Assembly (NCBI GenBank): GCA_050950765.1
Contig: JBMNIF010000003.1
Location: 192,001-256,000, forward strand
From: Bdellovibrionota bacterium
Lineage (GTDB): Bacteria; Bdellovibrionota_C; UBA2361; JAAYZI01
DNA length: 64,000 nucleotides
Reading direction: 5' to 3'
Part shown: positions 19,913 through 30,344 of the stretch, one piece after another
How the letters are laid out: each line of letters opens with the position of its first letter
Numbering within the stretch: the stretch's first letter is position 1
Position numbers and translations under genes: made by a program
Notes under the pieces: model-generated
Seen by the model: the letters and a program-made list of their open reading frames with translations, nothing else
Database searches by the model: none
Told to the model about the DNA's origin: nothing

Positions 19913-20195
19913 TGGTGCCACCCTTTAGTGTGAGGATGGTGTTAGAGAAAGAAAAGAAGGGTGGCACCAGTTTACCCCCGTGAAGACCTAGCTGATTCGT
20001 TTTGCAGTTCCAGCCCGTCCGGTCGTCCCTGAAGCGGTCGTCCCTGAAGGGTGGCACCAGTTTTTTAACCCCCGTAGAGATCTAGCTGATCCGTTTTGCA
20101 GTCCCAGCCCGTCCAGTCGTCGTTAAAGGGTGGCACCAGTGACAAGCCTGCAATAATTGCTGATTTAAGGGCAAAAAGAAGGGTGGCACCAGTCT
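19913..20195. repeat. Mosaic array E (1 forward and 4 reverse cores; orientation switch)
   Basis: Forward core at 19913; reverse GGGTGGCACCA at 19959, 20049, 20128, 20181. Confidence 0.93.
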
Positions 20196-20217
20196 AGCCA
20201 GTTGAACAGGCAACTAG

Positions 20218-21105
20218 CTATTTTGCAGCAGGCGGGGCTTTTTTTCCTTTTTTGCTTACGGTTCGTTTGACAGGAGTTTTTGTTTTGACTTTTCTTTTAC
20301 GATTTTTCTTTTTAATAGACTTCTTAGATGGCTCTTCAGAAATTGGTGCCGACACAACACCATCCTCATTAAAGGAGCCGGTAAAGACGGTTGTTCCTCC
20401 TAAATTGATCTGAATTACTTCATGTCCAAACAACTCAATACACGTTAACATATTTCCATAAACCAAACCTGTATCAACTCCAATTTTTGAAGGAAGATCA
20501 AGGTAGACATCATGGTAGGGAGTATGCCCGAAAACTACGGTTTTATTAAAATAATGGGGGCTTAAGATAAACTCATCTCGAATCCAGAGCATATCTTCTT
20601 CAATTTGAGCATCTAGCGCACGTAAGGGATTCAACCCAGCATGTACAACCACAAAATCCCCGATCATTACACATGGCTCCAACGCTGTAAAAAAATTTAG
20701 ATGTGTTTGTATTAGCTTTCGCTCTTCTTCTTCCGGTAATGAAAATTCATCATTCGGCATATTATAACTCTCAAGAGTCTGCATCCCGCCATTAGCAAGA
20801 TATGAATTTTTTAAGATACTATGTTCAGAACTGAGATACGCTAACAACATCTCTTCATGGTTACCCTTTAAGAAAACGGTATCTGGGAATTTTTCTTTAA
20901 AATCTATTAAATACTGAACAACGCCTCTAGCATTATAACCTCTATCTATATAATCCCCACAAAAAACAACCAAATCTTTCTGACAGAGGTGACGCTCTTC
21001 TAAAAGAAACTCTATTATCAGGCGCAACTCATCCAAGCAGCCATGAATATCCCCTACGACATAAAGCCGTTCTGGTATCTCCTTTATCTCTCTAGGATTC
21101 GACAC
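20218..21105 (-). CDS. PPP-family Ser/Thr protein phosphatase (metallophosphoesterase) with basic C-terminal tail
   Basis: GDIHG, GDYIDRG, KGNHE, HAG, GHTP, DTG motifs; probable GTG start at 21105. Confidence 0.9.
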   Translation of the reverse strand: MSNPREIKEIPERLYVVGDIHGCLDELRLIIEFLLEERHLCQKDLVVFCGDYIDRGYNARGVVQYLIDFKEKFPDTVFLKGNHEEMLLAYLSSEHSILKNSYLANGGMQTLESYNMPNDEFSLPEEEERKLIQTHLNFFTALEPCVMIGDFVVVHAGLNPLRALDAQIEEDMLWIRDEFILSPHYFNKTVVFGHTPYHDVYLDLPSKIGVDTGLVYGNMLTCIELFGHEVIQINLGGTTVFTGSFNEDGVVSAPISEEPSKKSIKKKNRKRKVKTKTPVKRTVSKKGKKAPPAAK

Positions 21106-21266
21106 GCTTCCCCAAACTCCTGATAGTCCTACCAAATATAAGAAACAGTACAAAAACTGTCCTCGTCATACATCTTCGACATCCGTGAATTAAAACTATA
21201 CATAAATAAAAAAATATTAAAAATTCAATTTGTTAGACAGATGCAGCAGATAATGATAGAGAGAAA

Positions 21267-22943
21267 ATGTTTTTATCTACTAAGCAATGCCGCTTCAAAG
21301 ATTCACCTATGAAAACACAACCAAAATACATTACTTTCCTTGGCTCAACTGTCTCAGTTTTATTCACTCTGATAGGATTTGTCTTGGTTCTAATCTACGC
21401 CACACTTTATGAAGCACTACAAGGAACAGAATCACCTCACCGTCACGTTTACGATAATCTTTTCTTCGAAGCTATCATCCTCCTAATAGCTGCCAACCTC
21501 TTCATCGCTATTTTGCGCAATTTATCCTCCATAAAAAAAAATTATGCCCTACTCTTAATTTTTCTAGGGCTGGAACTCCTCATCGCAGGAGGGCTTTACA
21601 CCAAACATTACGGCGTACACGGCACAGTACTTTTAGCACAAAATGAAAAGAGCTCTGAAATCGTTAAGGAAAATTCTTATAATTTGCTAATTGAAGAAAA
21701 TAACAAACTTAGATCAATCCCCTTTGATTCACTAAAAAAAGGGCAGATTGTCGCCAAAAATGCTTCAAAAACATTTACAATTGATGATGTAATGAATAGA
21801 TCGTACCTTGATCTACGTGTCCATAATTCAACACAACGTAATCTTGGTATAGATCTAACTTATTCAAATACACAAAACAACACCGAACACAGATTCTGGC
21901 TGATTGCGAATAGCCCTTTCCCTGAGATTCGTAGCGAACGACTTTTTGCTGATACCCTACTCGCGCTTAGAACATTAGATACAGAGCCACTTGATACGCC
22001 ACAATTAAAGATCATCTCAAAGCAAGATAATACCATCTCCATTTTTAATCCCTCTAAAGATCTGAATAATATTACCATTGCTAAGAAATATAAGTTTGAA
22101 AATTTTAAATATTTTCAGAAAGCAGAGGTACATAATGGCGCTCTTGAAGATACAGCATCTTTAAGCAACCCTGCTGTTGAGTTCGATATTATAGAGATCA
22201 AGAGCGACGCTAGAGAAAGTCATACCCGCTTTGCCTTTATCCCGAATTTACCATCTTTACACGGCAAAGCTTCAGATAAAAGCTTTCCACTCTGGATTGA
22301 ACTTGTACCTGCGGTGACAGATTTTCCACAAACATTAACAAAATGTGTATTTGAAGCCTCCGCCACTGACGAGTGGTATTACAGTACAGATTTGACAAAC
22401 AAATTTCCCCTCTCAGTTGGAACAGAGATTCAACTTCCTAACAACAAGAAAATTCATGTAAATAGATTACTAACAAATGCGAAACTTCGTAGGACTGCCA
22501 TCCCTGCACTTGATGGAGATCCCGCACTTCTTATAAAAGATCAATCAGGTAAAAACAGCGATTGGGTATCACCTCTCTTCCCGCTAAAGAGATACCCAAA
22601 TATCTCCTTCTATATTACTCAAACAACACAAACACTGCCCTTTGCTATTGAACTACTAAATATAAACAAACTTTCTCAAGGTAATTCTTTTCATCTTCCA
22701 TCATATCAAGCAGATATTGCACTACATTTAGCGCCTGATACAGAAAGTATTGCAGGTACAGTTACAGTTAACGAACCATTCTACTATAACGGCTATCGTT
22801 TCCTCCTTGATTCATACAAAGAATTTCCTGTAATAGGTAGATTTATTATCGATAGATCCCCTGGCACTCCGCTCTTATGTCTCGGTGCTACCTTAATATT
22901 ACTCGGCATTATTACTGCTTTTCTAGGCAAAAAAGGAGACTAG
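21267..22943 (+). CDS. Cytochrome c biogenesis protein, ResB/CcsB-like
   Basis: Three N-terminal TMs, large periplasmic domain, VNEPFYYNGYRF and SPG + C-terminal TM; upstream of ccsA. Confidence 0.75.
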   Translation: MFLSTKQCRFKDSPMKTQPKYITFLGSTVSVLFTLIGFVLVLIYATLYEALQGTESPHRHVYDNLFFEAIILLIAANLFIAILRNLSSIKKNYALLLIFLGLELLIAGGLYTKHYGVHGTVLLAQNEKSSEIVKENSYNLLIEENNKLRSIPFDSLKKGQIVAKNASKTFTIDDVMNRSYLDLRVHNSTQRNLGIDLTYSNTQNNTEHRFWLIANSPFPEIRSERLFADTLLALRTLDTEPLDTPQLKIISKQDNTISIFNPSKDLNNITIAKKYKFENFKYFQKAEVHNGALEDTASLSNPAVEFDIIEIKSDARESHTRFAFIPNLPSLHGKASDKSFPLWIELVPAVTDFPQTLTKCVFEASATDEWYYSTDLTNKFPLSVGTEIQLPNNKKIHVNRLLTNAKLRRTAIPALDGDPALLIKDQSGKNSDWVSPLFPLKRYPNISFYITQTTQTLPFAIELLNINKLSQGNSFHLPSYQADIALHLAPDTESIAGTVTVNEPFYYNGYRFLLDSYKEFPVIGRFIIDRSPGTPLLCLGATLILLGIITAFLGKKGD

Positions 22944-22948
22944 ATACA

Positions 22949-23827
22949 ATGCTATTAAATATCATTACCTGTTTATACTTCTTAATCTGCTTATTAGCAC
23001 TGTTGAAAACAACTACATGTTTAAAATTGAATACTTCCGTTCCGATTTTAACCATCATAATTTTTATAGGTGCCTTTACATTACATTCTTATATCATTGC
23101 AAGCAGAAGCAACTTACTTCTTTATCCGGCTATTACAAACACCTATGAAGTAACGGTCTTTTTGAGTTGGTGTATCGCCTTACTAGCACTTATTTTTTCT
23201 ATGTTAAAGCATAACGTTACGATTCTACACCTAATATCTCTCGTCTGTGGGGTCTTGTTACTCAATGCAAGTCTTACCCCTTTCAATCAAGAGATACAGC
23301 CACTACCAGCAGTGCTGCAAACAAAATTTTGGCTAATCTTACATGTAGTAACAATTATTTTCGGATATGCAGCAATTACATGTAGTATGGTAATAGCTCA
23401 TAAGTACCTTATAAAAAGGTGGTCAAAACCTGCACAAGCAGAGCTTATTCTGCGCCTATTGCAGATCGGCACCGTTGCTATTGGATTAGGAACAGTTCTG
23501 GGAGGATGTTGGGCAGAAGTTTCATGGGGGCGTTTCTGGGACTGGGATCCTAAAGAAAGTTGGGCTTTAATTACTTTTTTAAGCGCACTAACAATACTTT
23601 TACTATATCACCAAAGTATCATTACAAAACGGGGATTAGCTTACGGAGCTATCATCTCTTTTCTTTTTATATTGATGACTTGGTACGGCGTTAATTTTAT
23701 TCTACAATCTGGCTTACACAGTTATGGATTCGGATCAGGTGGAGGAGCCGTCGTTGTCGTATATTTAATCTGTGAATTAATTTTCCTTATGAGGCTTTCA
23801 GGCTTTTTTATAAAATTTTTTAAATAA
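22949..23827 (+). CDS. ccsA: Cytochrome c biogenesis protein CcsA/ResC
   Basis: WWD domain GGCWAEVSWGRFWDWDPKESWALI, WLILHV, GLHSYG. Confidence 0.93.
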   Translation: MLLNIITCLYFLICLLALLKTTTCLKLNTSVPILTIIIFIGAFTLHSYIIASRSNLLLYPAITNTYEVTVFLSWCIALLALIFSMLKHNVTILHLISLVCGVLLLNASLTPFNQEIQPLPAVLQTKFWLILHVVTIIFGYAAITCSMVIAHKYLIKRWSKPAQAELILRLLQIGTVAIGLGTVLGGCWAEVSWGRFWDWDPKESWALITFLSALTILLLYHQSIITKRGLAYGAIISFLFILMTWYGVNFILQSGLHSYGFGSGGGAVVVVYLICELIFLMRLSGFFIKFFK

Positions 23828-23926
23828 CAACTCAGGGGAAACACGAAAAGGGGAAATGGTGCCGCCCACCTGCTAGAGGTTGTCCTAAGAAAGTGCCTCA
23901 ACTTAAAAAATCAATTACGAAACAAC

Positions 23927-24310
23927 TTACAGATCAAGATCAGCGCGTGTTTCGAACCTTCCACGAACTTCCCTAAAAGGTGGTTCACTCTCTTCTTTAT
24001 TAACGTATTTCTTCCTGTCGGATTTTTTTTCAACGATGTCAGTGAATCTGTATTCCGCTAATCTCTTTTCAATATTCTGTAGACCAAGCGCACAACACTT
24101 CCGAACAGCCTCTACTGAATACAATGCAGCTCTTTTTACTAAAGCATATTCATGTTTTGACAATTCACGACGTGCGCGCTCTAAGACCTCTTTTGACTCA
24201 TACATCCCTTTGGAGTAGCCGGAGTCATCACTATTACGGAGACAAAGATACGTTTTCACTATCTCACGTTGAAACTCTAACACGAATGAAACGGCCAATG
24301 TCTGTTCCAT
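23927..24310 (-). CDS. Hypothetical protein
   Basis: 127-aa ORF with AAGGTG RBS-like sequence; no recognisable motif. Confidence 0.5.
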   Translation of the reverse strand: MEQTLAVSFVLEFQREIVKTYLCLRNSDDSGYSKGMYESKEVLERARRELSKHEYALVKRAALYSVEAVRKCCALGLQNIEKRLAEYRFTDIVEKKSDRKKYVNKEESEPPFREVRGRFETRADLDL

Positions 24311-24554
24311 ATCGTCACCTTTCGTCCTTAGTGTTTATAACAGCTATCCGTTCCCATAGTTAAAAAACAAACGAAAACGGCACAACCATCTCTTTTTTGG
24401 TACGATTCGTTAAAGATAATAAAACAGAATTAAAAAATCAACAAAAAAATGATTTTTAGTCTTGACACGATTTCGCCAAAAGCCCCCTTTTAAAACTATT
24501 GCAGATTTTTCAAGACTAAATATCTCGCACAAGCTGCATGTCATGAGACAACTG

Positions 24555-24870
24555 TGGTGCCACCCTTTAGTTTGGGCAGGATCGGCTGACTTTAGCTCGG
24601 CTGCCACTGGTCAGTAGTTTTGGTGCCACCCATTAATCCGCGCAGCCATTTTTCAAATAGGACACCCAAACTCTAAAACTATAACATCTAATAATATCAC
24701 GATGTTAGCAAAAGCTTAAAATTGACAGATCTGGTGCCACCCTTTAGTTTGAGCGGGATCGGCTGACTTTAGCTCGGCTGCCACTGGTCAGTAGTTTTGG
24801 TGCCACCCACCAGTAAAACGGGTTCGACAGGTGGTTAAAAATTCGGTGCCACCCTTCAGTTGACCAGCTT
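24555..24870 (+). repeat. Mosaic array F (4 exact cores and 1 variant)
   Basis: Cores at 24555, 24621, 24732, 24798; CGGTGCCACCC at 24844; duplicated module GGATCGGCTGACTTTAGCTCGGCTGCCACTGGTCAGTAGTTT. Confidence 0.93.
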
Positions 24871-24916
24871 GAAGTTTAAAAAAAGTTCTTGGTCTCGGAA
24901 AGTCGACTCAAGATAA

Positions 24917-25333
24917 CTACTCTGCACCCTTTTGACCATCAACACTAAAGCAACCTGGACCACTAGCAAGTAATGATAAGGAAACGAAAAATAAGATAAT
25001 ATCCTTATTAGGCAATTCTGGGATAGCAGGATAAGGGAAAAAGCCTATCGGTAAGATAAAGGTTATTATCATAATAGCGGAAAGAACAGCCGCTAAATTT
25101 GTCCATAGCCCGATCAATAGTAACCCACCTACAGTTAACTCAAGATACGGCAAGACAGCAGCATAAAGCATAGAGAGCTTACCCGGTAAAAAGTGAAGTT
25201 GATTTACCGCCTCTACAAAGGTATGCATATTTTGAATTGTAACATACCCTACTATTAAAAAATAAATAGCAAGGGGAATCCTTACTAATAACCCTGTCAA
25301 TCTGGAATCCCATATCGGCTGCCCTAAACTCAT
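24917..25333 (-). CDS. DoxX/MauE-family membrane protein
   Basis: LLVRIPLA, LPYLELTVGGLLLIGLWT, SGPGCFSVD. Confidence 0.85.
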   Translation of the reverse strand: MSLGQPIWDSRLTGLLVRIPLAIYFLIVGYVTIQNMHTFVEAVNQLHFLPGKLSMLYAAVLPYLELTVGGLLLIGLWTNLAAVLSAIMIITFILPIGFFPYPAIPELPNKDIILFFVSLSLLASGPGCFSVDGQKGAE

Positions 25334-25488
25334 ATAAAACTCCTTATAAATCTTGACATCCCGTGCCTAAAATAAACTTGTCGTGGATTTTACCCCCTCA
25401 AATAAGACTTTGCCAATACCGTAAAAACATACGCTTATTCTTAAGTTAACTACTTCCTACGATCTCCCCACTCAAACATCTTACGTAA

Positions 25489-26667
25489 CTACCTTCTGCG
25501 CAATACGACAGCTACATTCTTTTTACTCGCCCGTGTATTCTCTCTCGGTTTTAAACAATTTTTAAGGGTTGGCTGTTTTTGTCTAATCTCAACAGAACAC
25601 TCAGCCTCCCAATACCTACCAAGTTGCTGAGAGACCATCTTAATTAGCATCTCATCCAAAGAGAGAGAGGTATCCTTTCTACGCACATCACTTAAATTAA
25701 AAACAGCTCGGCGGCCTCCTTTTGTAACACGTGCAAGCTCTAATAAAAGCTCATTCATATAATCAAGCCACTGCGGCACACTTTCACACTCTTGCGGATA
25801 CTCTTCCTTCATAGAACATCCTGCAAACCAACGTCGTAACCACATCTCTGACTTATATAAACGGTGATTCGGCAAAGGGGGTGTTGTTAAAACCAAATCC
25901 ACAGAATTCGGTTGCAGTTCAAGAAGGTTACGAGGATCTGAAAGAAGTGCTCTACTTTCAGAAGAAGCCTGATATAAACTAGAAGGAAGCCCGTCTCTAA
26001 GCACCACAGCAGATCGTCTTAAAATTCTTGGAATCGTTGCTCTATAATCAGGTTCTTGACTACGCTTAGCATTTAGTGCCAGTTGATCAGCGGGCGAAAT
26101 AGAAATTTGAGCCCCCGTATAAACAGAAAAAAATCCTGCTCCATGTCCATGCAATAACCCTAATGTGATAGCCTCTATAAAACGTGCCACCCTGCTATTC
26201 TCATGATCTCTTACATAACGACGTAAGTTTACGAGCTCTCTAAAGGTAGCCACATCATAGAATGGAGCAAAATATTGCAGATACGCCCCTAACTCTACCG
26301 GTCTTCTTAGATCTATCATCTGTAAAGCTAAAGTAACTTCTGTAATATCAGCAGGATACATTTTAGAGGCAGTAATTCGAAGCCCCAACGGATCTGTATC
26401 GACTGCAAAAACACATCTCCCCGAAAGCAAAGCCTCTAATGCCACATCCCCTGATCCTGCAAACGGATCTAAAACCAGATCTCCTGTTCGTGAATAATTC
26501 TTTAAAAAATGAGCCATCACATCAGGATTACCACGTTCCGGAATGGGAACTATATAGTGTAAAGAATGAGACCTCTCCTCACCTGAAGAGGATGTAAGAT
26601 CTAATGTTTTCTTTAAGAATGGTATATCTTCTGCGATTTTCATCTTTAAAGCTAACTGACCAGCCAC
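25489..26667 (-). CDS. DNA amino-methyltransferase-like protein with non-canonical catalytic motif
   Basis: Motif I VLDPFAGSG; NSVDLVLTTPPL where SPPY is expected; ELARVTKGG. Confidence 0.75.
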   Translation of the reverse strand: MAGQLALKMKIAEDIPFLKKTLDLTSSSGEERSHSLHYIVPIPERGNPDVMAHFLKNYSRTGDLVLDPFAGSGDVALEALLSGRCVFAVDTDPLGLRITASKMYPADITEVTLALQMIDLRRPVELGAYLQYFAPFYDVATFRELVNLRRYVRDHENSRVARFIEAITLGLLHGHGAGFFSVYTGAQISISPADQLALNAKRSQEPDYRATIPRILRRSAVVLRDGLPSSLYQASSESRALLSDPRNLLELQPNSVDLVLTTPPLPNHRLYKSEMWLRRWFAGCSMKEEYPQECESVPQWLDYMNELLLELARVTKGGRRAVFNLSDVRRKDTSLSLDEMLIKMVSQQLGRYWEAECSVEIRQKQPTLKNCLKPRENTRASKKNVAVVLRRR

Positions 26668-27001
26668 CCCACCATCCTCTTAAAACGGGAAAACAATTAA
26701 AAAATCATGGCTCTTAAGATCTAAAAAACTATCAACCTAACTCGCCAAGCAGCAATCTACGTTCCTCATAGTATAGGTAGAGAGCTTCTTACGCTACACA
26801 CTATCTGAATATAGCTAAATCAAAAAAAGCCGTCATTTGCATATTAATGCACTATTCTGGTCACTTTTTTCACCTCCTCAAGGTTTACCTCTCAGGACAA
26901 ATAAGCGTAGAACAAAGCACTTTTACTTTAAGTACCTTTAAGAATTAGTTAGATCGGGATCTTATTTTGAATTGAAAAAAGAATTTGCAGTTTAAATAAA
27001 A

Positions 27002-27064
27002 CTATGGTTGTTTTTACTCGCAAGCGATTGTAGTGCAGCTCCAACTCTTCTTTCGCTTCTCCTG
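27002..27064 (-). repeat. Degenerate copy of the 3' end of the TPR gene (27426-27490)
   Basis: TTTTTACTCGCAAGCGATTGT...AACTCTTCTTTCGC present at both positions, one on each side of array G. Confidence 0.85.
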
Positions 27065-27079
27065 ACTTCTCTTTAAACT

Positions 27080-27385
27080 AAAGGGTGGCACCAAATTTTT
27101 AACCGGCTGTCCAGATCTAAGCGATTCGTTCTGAAGTTTCAGCCCGCTTAATTCTCACTGGTGGGTGGACGATAGTCCTTGAAGGGTGGCACCAAATTTT
27201 CCACCTGCCGAACCCGTTTTAGTGGTGGGTGGCACCAGCTGCAAAGCCAGCTAAAACTGCCAGATCTACCCCAATTAATGGGTGGCACCAAAACTGCCAA
27301 ATTTTAATTTTCTGCCAACATCTTAATATTATTAGATGTTATAACTTTAGAGTTTGGGTGCCGTATTTAAAAACCTCTGCCGCTC
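27080..27385 (-). repeat. Mosaic array G (4 exact reverse cores)
   Basis: GGGTGGCACCA at 27083, 27184, 27227, 27280; modules shared with arrays A, F and H. Confidence 0.92.
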
Positions 27386-27431
27386 TAAAAGGTAGGAGGA
27401 TCGTCTGAAGGATGAAAATTTCTATCTATAG

Positions 27432-28562
27432 TTATTTTTTACTCGCAAGCGATTGTGCTGCCGCATCAAACTCTTCTTTCGCCTCCACAGCACGCCCTGT
27501 CCGTTCAAAAAGAAGCCCTAAATTGCGATGAGCGGCGGAATTTACAGGATTAAGTTTAAGAGACTCTTTTAAAGATTTTTCAGCTAAGTCATATTTACCC
27601 AACTCAAGTTGAGCCCAACCCAAGACCCCTAATAACCTAGGGAGATGCGGATCATTCTGAAGCAACTTCTCCTTAGCTTCAATAAGCAACTCTTCAGCTT
27701 GAATCTCGGAGTTTTTGCGAATTTTAGAGATCGCAAGATTAATTTTTGAATCGAGATCTGACTTATCAAGCTCAACAGCCCTACTAAAAGCTAATTCGGC
27801 TCTGTCATTCTCTCCAAGCTTATCATAAATCACCCCTAAAGCCCGAAATGGAGCAGCGTCCTCTCCATTTAATTCAGTTGCCCTCGTAAGATTTTTTAGA
27901 GCAGCTTCATAACGGTGCATTTTTTTATTGAGAAGCCCTGAAAAAAGCAAAGTGCTATAATTAGCACCATCTAAATCAAGCGATCTTTTATACGCCTTTA
28001 ATGCCTCTTCACTCTTCTCCATTTTTTCATATAGAACACCTAAATTAAAATACGTCAGCGCATTTCTTTCATCAACTTCTTGAGCTTTTTTAAGATACTT
28101 CAAGGCACGATCGATCCGATCTGTTTTCTCATAAATCACTGCCAACCCCTGCAACGCTCTCACTTCAGATCTATCTTTATCTAAGACCTCTTCATAAAGT
28201 TGTCGCGCACTATCAGGATCCGCAGTCTTTAAACGAACTTCAGCCAAAGCCAAGAGAAACTCTTTTCGACGTTCTTTCTCCAACGCCTTCTCAAAAAGCG
28301 CGATAGCCTCCTCTTCATGACCTTTTTTAAATTCGATTAACCCCAAATTAAAGTTTGCTTCAACTAAATTTGGACACAATTCTAAAGCTTTTTTATAAAG
28401 TTGAGCCTCTTCATCTGAAGCATCAGCAAGATCAACTCCCCTTCTAACTAAGCGCCCCGCCTCCTCGCACTTATCTTCGGCTTTTAATATTATGGAAGGG
28501 AAGCACAGCCCTAAAAAAAACAACGCTAGAAATGAATATTTGCAAGCCTTAGGAATTAGCAT
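27432..28562 (-). CDS. Secreted tetratricopeptide repeat protein
   Basis: Signal-like N-terminus; repeated 34-aa units (ANFNLG..EEAIALFEKAL, TYFNLGVLYE..EALKAYKRSL). Confidence 0.9.
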   Translation of the reverse strand: MLIPKACKYSFLALFFLGLCFPSIILKAEDKCEEAGRLVRRGVDLADASDEEAQLYKKALELCPNLVEANFNLGLIEFKKGHEEEAIALFEKALEKERRKEFLLALAEVRLKTADPDSARQLYEEVLDKDRSEVRALQGLAVIYEKTDRIDRALKYLKKAQEVDERNALTYFNLGVLYEKMEKSEEALKAYKRSLDLDGANYSTLLFSGLLNKKMHRYEAALKNLTRATELNGEDAAPFRALGVIYDKLGENDRAELAFSRAVELDKSDLDSKINLAISKIRKNSEIQAEELLIEAKEKLLQNDPHLPRLLGVLGWAQLELGKYDLAEKSLKESLKLNPVNSAAHRNLGLLFERTGRAVEAKEEFDAAAQSLASKK

Positions 28563-29766
28563 AGATATGCCCTTTTCCCGAGTCAGCGCTTAATACACTT
28601 AAAGAATCAAGCACCTTTTGTAATTTATCTTCAGACGCAACCAGCGCAAATCGAACAAAATTTTTGTAAGCATCACCAAAAGTCCCTCCTGGTAACGCTA
28701 CAATATTAAAAGATTCCAGCAGACTATAAGTTAGATCATCTCCACTCATCCCCATAAACTCTGGAACCTCCGCCCACACGGAAGTACCAGCTTTAGGCAT
28801 GGTAACATTCCAACCGATTTTACGCAGTCCTGACACAAACATCCGACACCGTCTTCGGTATTTATCCATAATCGGCAAAGTCAGATCAGTTGTAGAGGTT
28901 AATCCTGCAGCCGCAGCATCTTGAATCGGTAAAAAGATCCCATAATCAATCCTAGATTTCAATCTTCCAAGTTTAGCTATTAGGTCAGGATTCCCAAGTG
29001 CTGCCGCCACACGCCAACCTGGAACACTATAAGATTTAGAAAGGCTGTAAATTTCGATACTATGATCCATGGCATCAGGAGTAGCCAGTAAGCTCTCTGC
29101 CGCTCCTGTGTCGTACGCCATCTCGCCATATACGAAATCATTAATAATAAAAAATCCTCTCTTAATAGCTAGTTCATGCAACTCATCATAAAATTTCCTA
29201 CTTACGACCACACCACTCGGATTATTAGGAAAATTAAGCAACAACACAGCATAACTTTGACGCGCTGTCATCTCATCAATTTCAGCAAGCATCTTACCTT
29301 CATCATCAGAGATGTGAAAGAAATCATAGTCCATTCCAGCCATATCCAATGCCGGTTGATACGTTGAATATGTTGGTGCCCCTAATAATGCTTTAGATCT
29401 CCTTGAGTCTAGGGCAGATAACGTGTTTAACACCCCCTCTTTTGATCCCATAACAGAACAGATATCTGTCTCAGGATCTAAATCAACATTGAACACAGTT
29501 CTGTATTTGTAAGCAAAAGCTTCCCTTAGTTTTCTAATACCCCGCGAAACTGCATATCGATGTCGATCCGTATGCAAAGAACTTTCAACCAGTTTATCGA
29601 GTAAAAAACGAGGCGGCTCTATATCAGGATTAATCATCGACAGATCAATTATATCCTCACCGGAATAAACCTTTTTAAGCTTCAATTTATTAAACTCTTG
29701 CAAGCAATCCACCCGTAACCACTCAAATGGATTATGCACCCTCGCTATTGCACTAACAGACATCAC
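28549..29766 (-). CDS. PLP-dependent class I/II aminotransferase (AlaC/LL-DAP-AT-like)
   Basis: HRYAVSRGI, GSKEG, NFPNNPSG, DFVY, SLSKSYSVPGWR, KSRIDYGIF. Confidence 0.9.
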   Translation of the reverse strand: MMSVSAIARVHNPFEWLRVDCLQEFNKLKLKKVYSGEDIIDLSMINPDIEPPRFLLDKLVESSLHTDRHRYAVSRGIRKLREAFAYKYRTVFNVDLDPETDICSVMGSKEGVLNTLSALDSRRSKALLGAPTYSTYQPALDMAGMDYDFFHISDDEGKMLAEIDEMTARQSYAVLLLNFPNNPSGVVVSRKFYDELHELAIKRGFFIINDFVYGEMAYDTGAAESLLATPDAMDHSIEIYSLSKSYSVPGWRVAAALGNPDLIAKLGRLKSRIDYGIFLPIQDAAAAGLTSTTDLTLPIMDKYRRRCRMFVSGLRKIGWNVTMPKAGTSVWAEVPEFMGMSGDDLTYSLLESFNIVALPGGTFGDAYKNFVRFALVASEDKLQKVLDSLSVLSADSGKGHIYANS

Positions 29767-30125
29767 GCCCCAAAATAAGCAAAATAAGAAAAAATCCCTC
29801 TAAAACAAGAATCATCACTCTCGAAACGGCACTATATAGCAACCCCCCTTTAAAATAAAGCAAATACCCGAAATTGCTGTTTTTAACACTCTATTTTCTT
29901 TGATATTTTCAGCTTTTAAAGAAGATCCCTTCCCTTTTGTTATAATTTAATAAGAAAAGAACCTTTTTAAAAAAATAATTCCCCAAGAATCCTAAAGAAG
30001 TGGATATAACGTACCGTTATTAAAAGTATTGCTGATAAATAATGCTTAATCCTTTTTATTATTTTTAACAAGGGGGCTTTCCCTTAGAAAAATAAAGAAA
30101 AGTTTCTTGAACAGAGGTATGTATC

Positions 30126-30338
30126 ATGGAAGTAATCCTTGGGAAAACAGACATCCCTAATGAAGCAGAGATCGAACGCGAGCTTGAGAAACGCCCTCGC
30201 AGTGCCACTCTCCTTAGCTTGAAATGGCTAGCTGAACGACTAAAGAAAACTAGAACAATTAAACGTGACTTAGAAAATGGTAGTTATAAAGTGGATAGCG
30301 AAAAATTAGCAAAATCCATTCTTAACGAAGAGGATTAA
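30126..30338 (+). CDS. Second FlgM-like small protein
   Basis: IKRDLENGSYKVDSEKLAKSIL matches the FlgM C-terminal pattern; GAGG RBS. Confidence 0.65.
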   Translation: MEVILGKTDIPNEAEIERELEKRPRSATLLSLKWLAERLKKTRTIKRDLENGSYKVDSEKLAKSILNEED

Positions 30339-30344
30339 GATTAT

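Noticed and set aside
23857..23867. Isolated TGGTGCCGCCC after ccsA
   Set aside because: A single mismatched core without modules; probably a related remnant but not counted as an array
27002..27490. Diversity-generating retroelement TR/VR pair
   Set aside because: No reverse transcriptase in the window; the differences are not adenine-specific and include indels
29993..30020. Sigma-28 promoter upstream of the second FlgM-like gene
   Set aside because: TAAAG...ACCGTTAT is only a loose match with off spacing in AT-rich DNA
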